From assembly GCA_964014485.1 (NCBI GenBank), contig CAXHAT010000024.1:1-53444 (forward strand): a stretch of 53,444 nucleotides of DNA, given 5' to 3'. Every line of letters starts with the position of its first letter. The first letter of the stretch is position 1. A program made the translations under genes and the position numbers. Positions 37,075 through 46,081 of this stretch are shown piece after piece. The notes beneath the pieces were generated by a model that saw only the letters and a list, made by a program, of their open reading frames with translations, made no database searches and had not been told where the DNA came from. This stretch comes from an uncultured Deferribacteres bacterium. Its GTDB lineage: Bacteria; Zhuqueibacterota; Zhuqueibacteria; Zhuqueibacterales; Geothermadaptataceae.

Positions 37075-40053
37075 ATGAGCGCCGTAACTTCGCGCTTTCA
37101 AAAAACAAGGAGAGAGGATTCGTTCATTCGGACAATGAATTTTACCGTTTTTCAAAAACCGCGAGCGAAATCGTTGATCGGCGCCGGGCTGAAAAAACTG
37201 CTGATTTTCAGCTTAGCGGCGTCGGTTTTTATGCTCGCGAATACGCTTTACTTGCTTATCAATCGCTGGGCTGACCTGGCGGGATTTGATTTCCTTGCCG
37301 TCGGGGAAATCTCGCTGCCGAAGTTCTTTCAAGTGATGGTGCTCTCGCACACCGGCGTTGGTCTGTTACTCGCCGTCCTTTTCATTCTTTTTGTACTTCT
37401 GCACTTAAAAAAAATCTGGCGCCGCAACCGAAAGTCGACGGTTATTACTGGCGTCGCGACCGTCGTCGTTGGTGCGGCGTTGACGGTTTCCGGGCTGTTT
37501 ATTTTGACCGAGGCCGCCAGTAAAAACAACGCTTGGGTCTGGTGGCTGCACGTTATTTGCGCGGCGCTCATTCCCGCCGGTTACATTTTGCACCGTTTGA
37601 CCGGCTTTACCCGCCCGCATTTTTCGCAATTCAAAAAATTCACTCTTGCGTTGGGCGTATTGACGGCAGTCTTTCTTGTCTGGCACGGTTTCTCGCCCAA
37701 AGGCCTGGAATTAACCGAAGAAGCGAAAGAAGCGTTTGAACAAGGTCGCGACAAAGGTCCTGGCGCGCGCAATCGCGATATTGCTGAGTTCGCTCCAGAA
37801 TCAACAAAAGAAAACGGCTTCTTGCCAGCCGGATTTGTACCGCCCGCCAGCCCGTTTTTTCCATCTGCAGCAACGACTGCGAGCGGCGATTTCTTGCCGT
37901 CACGCATTATCACACGCGGCAAACTGGAAACGCCTGAGGAAAGGCTGCGGGCCGATTTGGAAAAATTCGGCTTCGTCAAAAATGTGCCCATTGGTGCGGA
38001 AAACTGTGACCGTTGCCACCAGGATATCGTCGAGCAATGGTCGAAATCAGCGCATCGATTCGCATCTTTCAACAATCCGTTTTATGAAGCGACGATCAAC
38101 GATATGCGCGAAAACGCCACGGCGCCGAACAAATGGGTTGACGAACATTTGGAAAAATTCTCGCTCGATCCCGAAGCGGCCGGCAAGGTCAAAAGCAAGT
38201 GGTGCAGCGCTTGTCACGACCCGGCGCTGATGCTCGCGGGCAAAATGGATGACGAAGTTGACCGCAATTCTTTCGAAGCACAGGCTGGGCTGACTTGCCT
38301 CGCATGTCATGCCATCGACAAAATTCACAACAACACAGGCAACGGCAACTACAACATCGCCGACGAGCAGGAAGACCCCTATCTTTTTCCTGATGCAGAA
38401 CGCGGAACCGCCGGCGCTTACTTGCACGACGCCGTTTTGAAAGCAAAGCCCGCCGTGCATAAACGACAATTGCAAAAGCCGTTTTTCAGCACCAGCGAAT
38501 TCTGCGCAACCTGCCACAAAGTGAGCTTGGTCGAGCCGGTCAACAATTACCGCTGGCTGCGCGGGCAGGACGAGTTCGACAATTGGCACGACAGCGGCGT
38601 TTCCATGAACGCTTCACGCACATTTTATCTGCCGCCGTTCAAGCGCGAATGTCAAGCGTGTCATATGCCGCTGGAAGAAGCCGTTCTTGGCGATGTCGCG
38701 GCGAAAAGCGGCTTTGTCAAATCCCATCGATTTTTGGCCGTCAACACCGCCTTGCCGTTTTTGCGCGGCGACACGACGACGATTAAGCGTATCGAAGAGT
38801 TTCTACAAAGCGCAAAACTTCGCGTCGATATTTTTGCGTTGAAAGTTGGAGGCGATGAGCCGATCACCGTGCTCAATCGCGCCAACGCCCAGATTCCGGC
38901 AGGGGAAAAAGTCACGGTTGACGTGGTCGTGCGGAATCAGGGCGTTGGCCACACTTTCCCGGGCGGAACGAACGATTCGAACGAAGGCTGGCTCGAATTC
39001 ACCGTGCTTGGCGAAAACGGCGAGACGCTGACGATCAGCGGTTTTCTCGATGAAAACGGCCATCTCGATCCGATGGCGCACGTATTTAAAGCCGTTATTG
39101 TCGACAAAAACGGCAACGCGATTCAACGCCGAAACGCGCCGGACATTCACGTGACTGTTTTCGCAAACGTGATCGGGCCGGGAACGGCGGATATTGCACA
39201 TTATGAATTTGTCGTGCCGCCGGAATTCGCCGGGCAGCGTTTGAAAATGAGCGCGCGTCTCCTTTGGCGTAAATTTGACCGGGCTTATACGGAATTCGCA
39301 TTTAAAGCCAATCCCGAAGGCTTCAAGCAATTTGACAAAGTCCCTGATCTGCCCATCACGGAAATCGCAAAGGACGAAGTTTTCGTGAAAATGCTTCCGG
39401 CCAATGTTGACGTCAAAATCACCGAAGGGAATCGTTTGGAGGAAGACTGGGTGCGCTTCAACGATTACGGCGTCGGCCTGCTTTTGGAAGGCGACACGCG
39501 CGGCGCGGAAAAAGCCTTCGAAGCGGTTGCTGAATTACAACCGGAGCGTTTGGACGGACATTTAAACTTGGCCAAAACCGCCGTGCGCGACGGAAATATT
39601 GAAGAAGCTTACGCGCACTTGCAAAAATGCGAGGAGATCAAAGTCGGCGATCCGCAAGTTGCGTGGGTTTGGGGCGTAGCGTTGCAGGAAGACGGCGACT
39701 ATGAACGCGCCGCTGACGCTTATAAATTTGTTTTGGAAAGCTTTCCGGAGGACCGCGCCTCCTGGCGGAATCTTGGCCGGACGTACTATCTCGACCAAAA
39801 ATATGAGCAATCCCTGGCGGCGCTGGACAAGGTTTTGGAGATCGATCCTGAAGATCGTGTTGCCTGGTACCATAAAATGCTCTGCTTCCGCGCATTGGGA
39901 AAAACCGCGGAAGCCGCCGCCGCCGAGGCTGCTTATGAATATTATCAAATCGACGAGTCCGCCCAGGAAATTACCCGCCAATTCAAGCTCAAAAATCCCG
40001 GCGCAAACTTGATGTCGCAACAGATTCGGATTCATAAATTAAGCTTTCAATAA
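37075..40053 (+). CDS. Membrane-anchored multiheme cytochrome c (5 CxxCH) with C-terminal TPR domain (start may be 37135)
   Basis: CDRCH, CSACH, CLACH, CATCH and CQACH; about 5 N-terminal TM helices; GHTFPGG; TPR helices. Confidence 0.85.
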   Translation: MSAVTSRFQKTRREDSFIRTMNFTVFQKPRAKSLIGAGLKKLLIFSLAASVFMLANTLYLLINRWADLAGFDFLAVGEISLPKFFQVMVLSHTGVGLLLAVLFILFVLLHLKKIWRRNRKSTVITGVATVVVGAALTVSGLFILTEAASKNNAWVWWLHVICAALIPAGYILHRLTGFTRPHFSQFKKFTLALGVLTAVFLVWHGFSPKGLELTEEAKEAFEQGRDKGPGARNRDIAEFAPESTKENGFLPAGFVPPASPFFPSAATTASGDFLPSRIITRGKLETPEERLRADLEKFGFVKNVPIGAENCDRCHQDIVEQWSKSAHRFASFNNPFYEATINDMRENATAPNKWVDEHLEKFSLDPEAAGKVKSKWCSACHDPALMLAGKMDDEVDRNSFEAQAGLTCLACHAIDKIHNNTGNGNYNIADEQEDPYLFPDAERGTAGAYLHDAVLKAKPAVHKRQLQKPFFSTSEFCATCHKVSLVEPVNNYRWLRGQDEFDNWHDSGVSMNASRTFYLPPFKRECQACHMPLEEAVLGDVAAKSGFVKSHRFLAVNTALPFLRGDTTTIKRIEEFLQSAKLRVDIFALKVGGDEPITVLNRANAQIPAGEKVTVDVVVRNQGVGHTFPGGTNDSNEGWLEFTVLGENGETLTISGFLDENGHLDPMAHVFKAVIVDKNGNAIQRRNAPDIHVTVFANVIGPGTADIAHYEFVVPPEFAGQRLKMSARLLWRKFDRAYTEFAFKANPEGFKQFDKVPDLPITEIAKDEVFVKMLPANVDVKITEGNRLEEDWVRFNDYGVGLLLEGDTRGAEKAFEAVAELQPERLDGHLNLAKTAVRDGNIEEAYAHLQKCEEIKVGDPQVAWVWGVALQEDGDYERAADAYKFVLESFPEDRASWRNLGRTYYLDQKYEQSLAALDKVLEIDPEDRVAWYHKMLCFRALGKTAEAAAAEAAYEYYQIDESAQEITRQFKLKNPGANLMSQQIRIHKLSFQ

Positions 40054-40066
40054 GTCTGAGGAAGAC

Positions 40067-42103
40067 ATGACAATATCGAAATTAGCCCTACGCTCAAAAT
40101 CCGCCCCTACCCCCTCCCCGGAGGGGAATCGGGCGATTGCAAAGCGGTCGCGAGTATTCCTTGCCGAGGCGGATGCGGGGGCTCTTAAGGGTAGATTTTT
40201 TAAAAAACTGAGCTCAATCCACTGTGTCATACCCGCGCAGGCGGGTATCCAGACAACGGCGTCCCAAAGCTGGATACCCGCCTGCGCGGGCATGACAAAA
40301 GCGGCGCTTTGGAGTAAAAAGGCAAAACCTACTCCTAATAAGGGAGCGGGTAAGCCAAAGTTCCCGCCAGCATCAATCATCGCTATTTTCTCAATCCTGT
40401 TTTTCACCGCCTGCTCCAACGACACCCCTGAAACTCAGGCCGCACCGGAATTCACAAAACCAAGCTTTACTGATATTTCACGTGACAAAATCGAATCGCC
40501 GCTGGAATTCGTGGACATTGCCGAAGAAGCCGGGATCGATTTTGTGCATGAAAACGGCGCATTCGGCGAGAAGTGGATGCCGGAAACCATGGGCGGCGGC
40601 GGCGGCTTTCTGGATTATGATAATGACGGATTGCCGGACGTCTTTCTCGTGAACGGCAGCGCTTGGCCGGGCAAAGGGGCGGGCAAGCCGAAAGCTGTGT
40701 CGAAGCTTTACAAAAATCTGGGCGGCGGAAAATTTGAGGACGTCACCAAACAGACCGGACTCGATATCACGATGTACGGCATGGGCTGCGCCTTCGGCGA
40801 TTTTGACGGCGACAACGATTTGGACATTTATCTGACCGCCGTCGGCTCCAATAAACTCCTGCGTAACGACAGCGGGCGCTTCACCGATGTGACAAAAACG
40901 ATGGGGGTGAGCGGAAACAATCCAGCATCAGGAGCGTCTCCCGCCTGGTCGGCTAGCGCTGTCTGGGTTGACGTCGATCGTGACGGCTGGCTCGATCTTT
41001 TCGTCACCAATTACGTCAAATGGACGCCGGAGACTGACTTATTCACCACTTTGGACGGCGTGAATAAATCCTACGCCACGCCGGAGCAATACGCGGGCGA
41101 GACTTGTCGTCTCTACCGAAACGTGAACGGCAAACGCTTCGAAGACATCACGGAAAAAGCAGGCGTTTTGAACGAAGAAGGCAAATCTCTGGGCGTTGCC
41201 GTGGCTGATCTCAACCGCGACGGCTGGCCCGACTTGGCGGTTTCCAATGATACCCAGCCGAATTTTCTCTACATGAACAAAGGCGACGGCACGTTCGAAA
41301 ACATTGCTCTACGTGCCGGAATCGCCTTCGATGAGGCGGGCCGTGCACGCGCCGGTATGGGAATCGACGTGGCGGACGTTTTTAGTAAGGGCGAGCAGTC
41401 GATTGTGATCGGCAATTTTGCGCGCGAACCGCTTTCGCTATACACGCAAATCGGCGACGAGCTTTTTCAAGACCGCGCCGGGGCCGCGCGTATTACTAAA
41501 AATTCACTTCTGCAACTCACTTTCGGCGTCCATTTCGTTGATCTTGATCTCGATGGTCATCTTGATTTACTGGCGGCGAACGGACACATTGAGCCGGAAA
41601 TCAACAGCGTACAAAAAGACGTGACGTTTGAGCAACGCCCGCAGTTTTTTCATAACAACGGTGCGGGGCGTTTTGTGGACGTGAGCGAAAAGGCCGGGAT
41701 TGATTTTCAGCAAAAAATCGTCGCGCGCGGCATCGCGGTCGCGGATATCGACAACGACGGCGATCAGGACGTCTTGCTGACCGTCAATGCTGGAAAACCA
41801 AAGCTTCTGCGCAATGATTTGAAGAAACCGGAGAATTGGCTTAAGCTTAAACTTGAAGGAAAGGAGCCGAATCATCACGCTCTCGGGGCGCGCGTGACTG
41901 TTTGGTCGGACGGCCAAAAGCAGGAGCGTCTCGTGCGTACCGGTTCGTCTTACCTTTCGCAATCGGATATTTCGACGTTGGTTTTTGGCCTGGGAACCGC
42001 CGCACAGGCTGACAGCGCCAAAATTATGTGGAGCAAGAACGGAGAAATAACTTCAGTTCAATCTCTCAAATCAAATGCCGGACATATCATCAAAGAAAAG
42101 TAG
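40067..42103 (+). CDS. CRTAC1 / ASPIC-UnbV family lipoprotein with FG-GAP repeats (alternative in-frame start 40292)
   Basis: Repeated DxDxDG.LD motifs; PETMGGG; ALGARV....G..Q...V..GSSYLSQ...FGLG; lipobox FFTAC. Confidence 0.9.
   Translation: MTISKLALRSKSAPTPSPEGNRAIAKRSRVFLAEADAGALKGRFFKKLSSIHCVIPAQAGIQTTASQSWIPACAGMTKAALWSKKAKPTPNKGAGKPKFPPASIIAIFSILFFTACSNDTPETQAAPEFTKPSFTDISRDKIESPLEFVDIAEEAGIDFVHENGAFGEKWMPETMGGGGGFLDYDNDGLPDVFLVNGSAWPGKGAGKPKAVSKLYKNLGGGKFEDVTKQTGLDITMYGMGCAFGDFDGDNDLDIYLTAVGSNKLLRNDSGRFTDVTKTMGVSGNNPASGASPAWSASAVWVDVDRDGWLDLFVTNYVKWTPETDLFTTLDGVNKSYATPEQYAGETCRLYRNVNGKRFEDITEKAGVLNEEGKSLGVAVADLNRDGWPDLAVSNDTQPNFLYMNKGDGTFENIALRAGIAFDEAGRARAGMGIDVADVFSKGEQSIVIGNFAREPLSLYTQIGDELFQDRAGAARITKNSLLQLTFGVHFVDLDLDGHLDLLAANGHIEPEINSVQKDVTFEQRPQFFHNNGAGRFVDVSEKAGIDFQQKIVARGIAVADIDNDGDQDVLLTVNAGKPKLLRNDLKKPENWLKLKLEGKEPNHHALGARVTVWSDGQKQERLVRTGSSYLSQSDISTLVFGLGTAAQADSAKIMWSKNGEITSVQSLKSNAGHIIKEK
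40225..40297. repeat. Palindromic element within the CDS, encoding VIPAQAGIQ...WIPACAGMT
   Basis: 28-bp arms TGTCATACCCGCGCAGGCGGGTATCCAG / CTGGATACCCGCCTGCGCGGGCATGACA with one mismatch; each arm is itself a hairpin. Confidence 0.9.
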
Positions 42104-42237
42104 CAGCGCACTCTCACTGACATCACATTTACGGTCTCTAAAAGAAAGCGAGCAAGACCGCTTTTCCTCTCCCCCGAAACTCTCTGCCTGACATTTTTTT
42201 GTAAACTGCATTTTCGAGCCGTCGAAAAGCCCCGTTT

Positions 42238-42327
42238 TGTCATTCTGGCGGACTCTTTGTTATCGCCCAGTACAGATCATGCCCAAAAGTTCAAGGGTTG
42301 GATCAAAAAAGATGCTTCCAGCATGAA
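42238..42327. repeat. About 90-bp dispersed palindromic element (copy B, inverted relative to 33773-33862)
   Basis: Direct alignment with copy A. Its left end also resembles 16018-16046 (24 of 29 nt). Confidence 0.75.
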
Positions 42328-42612
42328 AATTCCGGCCTCTTTCGCCAGCGTTGGAAGCCTATAGAAAAAGTGTCAGGTAATGAATCCCGAAAAAGCAATT
42401 CCTTGATCACATGCGCTTATCTCGATTTTTCGAATGAGGCGTCAAAAAATCGATGTGGAGCAGGCGACGTTTCGTTCAAAGCAGGCTCACAAATGACGCT
42501 TCATTTTTGGCAAATCAGTTGCATTCGTAATCCTGCGAATGAAAACGTAATTCAGATCCTGCGGGATGCTGAATTTGCCAAGAAGCGTCTTTAAAAAGGA
42601 GGAAGCAGCATC

Positions 42613-43452
42613 ATGAACCGGCACATAAAACATTGCCTGTCATCAGTTTTAACTGTGTTCCTTCTCAACATTCTGACCTATGGCTGTTCAGACTGGGCAA
42701 CCAGCCCTTCGAAAACGGAGACCGGTGAAATTCCCGTTTCCGAAGTGAATAATATCGTTTGGACTTTGGCCAAAGCACAAGAAAAAGGCAGCGACGTCGA
42801 TATTTCTCGATTGCCGGCGTTCCACTTGATTTTTGATGAAAATCAGTTTTTTGGTGATGACGGCTGCAACTGGTTTGGCGCGCAATATGAAATGAAAAAT
42901 GATAGTATTTATCCTGAAGCTCTTTCGGAGACTTGGCGTCTTTGCATCCGAGCAAGTTTTTCCGTGCAGCATTTGACGGAACCTTTTCAAGTGAGTATTT
43001 CTGGAAGCGGATTGCAGATCAAGAGAGCGCAAAGCGTCTACACGTATAAGAGCGAAGTCAGAGACAGCATTGAAAACAGCGGCCTTGTGGGAGGCTGGCA
43101 ACTGCATGACTCAACCGATCCTGAATTCGCCGATATTCAAACGCAAGGGTTGATTCCGACGCTGAGTTTTGATGAAAACAGAACGTTTGAAATCGTGTGG
43201 TATTGTGTGGATGAAAGTTCATTTGGCTGCGACCAAATAGGGGGGATCTTCGGCGTGGGTAAGAACGGCGCCGTTCTCTTTTACCAACGAGAAGGAGCCT
43301 ATCACGGAGAAGGAGCTGGGGAAGGATTCATGCAGAGAATTCTTGGTTCAAATTCCTTCGAAATTGATCCCGGCGTTCAGAAAGCCGCTGTGTTGAAGCT
43401 TGTGAACGAAGCCAATAATGCGACCTACGAGTTTTCGGCGATTCGGAGATAA
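42613..43452 (+). CDS. META-domain lipoprotein
   Basis: Lipobox LTYGC; W.L...G.DGCNWFG..Y...T...C (META/HslJ), followed by a second similar domain. AGGAGG RBS. Confidence 0.7.
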   Translation: MNRHIKHCLSSVLTVFLLNILTYGCSDWATSPSKTETGEIPVSEVNNIVWTLAKAQEKGSDVDISRLPAFHLIFDENQFFGDDGCNWFGAQYEMKNDSIYPEALSETWRLCIRASFSVQHLTEPFQVSISGSGLQIKRAQSVYTYKSEVRDSIENSGLVGGWQLHDSTDPEFADIQTQGLIPTLSFDENRTFEIVWYCVDESSFGCDQIGGIFGVGKNGAVLFYQREGAYHGEGAGEGFMQRILGSNSFEIDPGVQKAAVLKLVNEANNATYEFSAIRR

Positions 43453-43610
43453 TTTGTGATGCGACAAAAAACGAAGGACAAGTGAAGCGGCCCGCAATGC
43501 GGTCGCCGGTTTTCATAGCAAAACGTTTTCCGGTAAAGCGTTGCAAGCAGGTATGGTAACTGATGTTGCGCACACCGACGCATCGCCTGTTACTCAAACG
43601 TGAACATCTT

Positions 43611-43748
43611 TTCATTAGCACCGGGCTTGAGCCCGGTGACGTGCGAGGGATTCATTTTCATCTCTTCCGCCGCGCTGGGGCGGCGGAAGAGATGAGGCGG
43701 CTGTCTTCCTTCAAAAATCTCCGCTCTGAAGAACGGAGCTAATGAGAA
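43611..43748. repeat. REPIN-like composite palindromic element
   Basis: Inverted ends TCATTAGC...GCTAATGA, each carrying a short hairpin, plus a central perfect 16-bp hairpin at 43658-43695. Confidence 0.7.
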
Positions 43749-43871
43749 CCAAAAGTTGCCGACGGGCTTTGATTGCACGTACGGTAACATCGGAATGTAA
43801 ATCAAAAATCTGAACAAGCGAATCATCGTGCTTTGCAGGATGCGAAACACGCTTTATCAAGGAATGATTTG

Positions 43872-44078
43872 ATGGAACAGTTTATAATTTATGGGGCGAT
43901 AGCTGGGGGATTGTGGGCGGTATGGAAAATTCGCAAGCTCGTTTGGCTGGTTATTTTGTTTACCGTCGCTTTTCTGATCATTCGCGGCGTGCAATTGAGC
44001 TTCCCGGAAGTCACGATTTACATGGGCATGCTTGCAGCGACAATCGCCGCCTGGAAATTCGCGCGCTGGCTGTCTTGA
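43872..44078 (+). CDS. Small membrane protein (2-3 TM)
   Basis: Highly hydrophobic 68-aa ORF with AAGGA upstream. Confidence 0.5.
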   Translation: MEQFIIYGAIAGGLWAVWKIRKLVWLVILFTVAFLIIRGVQLSFPEVTIYMGMLAATIAAWKFARWLS

Positions 44079-44083
44079 GCCGC

Positions 44084-44626
44084 TTATTCTTTTGACCAGA
44101 CCGTCGTTGTTTCCAAAGCGCGTTCGAATACGCCGAACGCCTCGTTTCCCCACAAACAAAAACGCACTTCTTGCAATCCCGTTTTCCCACGCAAATGCTC
44201 CGCGGTCGTTTCAAGCATAAGCTTCGCGCATCGCTCGAGCGGAAAACCGAAAATGCCGGTGCTAATTGCCGGAAAGGTGATAGAATGCAATCCGTTGCGA
44301 TCCGCGACTTCGAGGGAAGCGCGCGTTGCCGAAGCCAGCTTTTCGTCTTCGTCGCCTTCGCCCATGCGCGGGCCGACGGCGTGAATAACATGCTTTGCTT
44401 TCAGGTTGCCGCCGCTGGTAATTGCGGCCGTCCCAACCGGCGTTCCGCCAATCATGTCGCACTCTTTCTGAATCGCAGGGCCGCCTTTGCTGCGAATCGC
44501 GCCCGCAACGCCCGCCCCCAAAACCAACGCGCTGTTCGCCGCGTTGACGATAGCGTCGGTCGACTGTTCCGTAATATCGCCCTCGATCAACGTGATACGC
44601 GATTTGTAAATTTTTACTTCGACCAT
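44084..44626 (-). CDS. Macro-domain protein (O-acetyl-ADP-ribose deacetylase, YmdB-like)
   Basis: GDIT....DAIVNAAN..L..G.GVAGAI, VIHAVGP and FPAISTGIFGFP. Confidence 0.93.
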   Translation of the reverse strand: MVEVKIYKSRITLIEGDITEQSTDAIVNAANSALVLGAGVAGAIRSKGGPAIQKECDMIGGTPVGTAAITSGGNLKAKHVIHAVGPRMGEGDEDEKLASATRASLEVADRNGLHSITFPAISTGIFGFPLERCAKLMLETTAEHLRGKTGLQEVRFCLWGNEAFGVFERALETTTVWSKE

Positions 44627-44689
44627 TTTTACCTCGGTTTCAAATTTCTAAAACAACGTCGATGCAGCGGTGACGCTGCTGCAAAAGTC

Positions 44690-46081
44690 TCAAAAAGCTT
44701 GTGTTAATCCGTCGGCGATGCGCTGCATTAAATCCGGAATATACGCGCCCATGTGCGGCCCAAACCATGACATCGTGCGCGATTCGTATGAATCCAGATG
44801 GTAGTATTTTTCCGGGATGATGTAGCCGACGTAACTGCCGTTAAAGCTGCTGATGATTGTCTGGATTCCGTTTTTAGCGCCCGCGTTCATGAGAGGTTCG
44901 GCGAGTTCCCCGCTGAAATCGCAAGGTGTTGTCAGCCAAAGCAAATTATTCAATCTTGCGGCGTTGATCCAGGTCGAATCGGTCGGGATTAGCGCCATGC
45001 CAATGCCTGGATTGAACCGCAGATTTGATGATGCGCGGACATGATGTTCCGGCAGATCAACGCGTATGCCAAGATTTGCCAAGAAAGCGTCGTTCGCCAG
45101 CGAAATGTTTTGGAGATGCAAAAGCGTGGTGTCCGCGAGCGACTCGCCGATATTTTGCGCACGAGTAAAGTTTTCGCCTTCGCCAGCCGGGCCGTGGCTG
45201 CCGACCGTTCCGGCAAAAAACGCCGCCATTGCGCCGGTTTCCCGCTCGATTTTCTGTGTCCAGTAACCGGGGTAGTCGGCGCTGAACGCAAAATTATCCG
45301 CGTTTAAGACCGTTGCGTGCGCCGCGTAAACGCCGAGTACGGCTTGCGCGCCGTTCTTTTGTTCAAAAAATAAAATTTCAAAAGCACTGTTTTGGCACCC
45401 CAAGTTTTTCACGAGTCGGTTGTAAACAAAGTCAGGCGCTTGAAAGCGTGAATGTCCAAACCGTCCGGGCTGAAGATCGGCGACCGCTCGGCGTACGGCT
45501 TCAACGATTTGTTGCGCGACCCAAACGCGAATTTGCGAATTGTACTTGCCGGAGAACTGTTCAGCGACCCAGCCTTCTCCCCAGCCTCCGGGGCCAGAGT
45601 GTGTATGCGTTGCCGAGAAAAGCACATGCGCGCGTTCCAGACCAGGGTTTTTCGCCAAATCTTTTGTTGCGAGATCGGTGACTTCTTGCGGGACGATCAA
45701 AGCGTCGAGCGTTGTGAAAACAATGGTTTGCTCGCCAACGCGAACGGCCACTGCCTTTACAAAAAGGCTGTCATGGACGCCGGTTGCGGGATTGCCTTTG
45801 CGAGCGCCGTAGCCCGCGAGCGGCGTGTCGCCGAAAGCGTGCTTTTGCGGAGCATTTTCGTTTGCGCCAACATGCGGAGTCAGGTTCGCCTTGCCGAATC
45901 CGACCTCCAACGCGCCGCTGCTGACGGCAAGATTTTCGACGGCGTCGTCAAGTCGGGCGCGCGTTGCTTGGTAATAATCCGTTGAAAAATACGGCGAGTA
46001 ATCGACGCGCTCAAGCGCCCAAAGAAGAAAAATGGCCAGTAAGATGAAAAGGCCGACGATGATTTTAAGGAAGACCTTCAT
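44690..46081 (-). CDS. Neutral/alkaline non-lysosomal ceramidase family protein
   Basis: N-terminal TM anchor; PLAGYG.R, GVHD.L, SATHTHSGPG, HATVL and SADYPG. Confidence 0.8.
   Translation of the reverse strand: MKVFLKIIVGLFILLAIFLLWALERVDYSPYFSTDYYQATRARLDDAVENLAVSSGALEVGFGKANLTPHVGANENAPQKHAFGDTPLAGYGARKGNPATGVHDSLFVKAVAVRVGEQTIVFTTLDALIVPQEVTDLATKDLAKNPGLERAHVLFSATHTHSGPGGWGEGWVAEQFSGKYNSQIRVWVAQQIVEAVRRAVADLQPGRFGHSRFQAPDFVYNRLVKNLGCQNSAFEILFFEQKNGAQAVLGVYAAHATVLNADNFAFSADYPGYWTQKIERETGAMAAFFAGTVGSHGPAGEGENFTRAQNIGESLADTTLLHLQNISLANDAFLANLGIRVDLPEHHVRASSNLRFNPGIGMALIPTDSTWINAARLNNLLWLTTPCDFSGELAEPLMNAGAKNGIQTIISSFNGSYVGYIIPEKYYHLDSYESRTMSWFGPHMGAYIPDLMQRIADGLTQAF

Noticed and set aside
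40039..40425. 128-aa - strand ORF containing MPAQAGIQ...WIPACAGMT
   Set aside because: The palindromic element reads similarly on both strands, so this is not an independent gene.
44084..44626. Macrodomain as part of a DarTG or other anti-phage system
   Set aside because: There is no adjacent ADP-ribosyltransferase or sirtuin, and it looks like an ordinary stand-alone YmdB-type protein.
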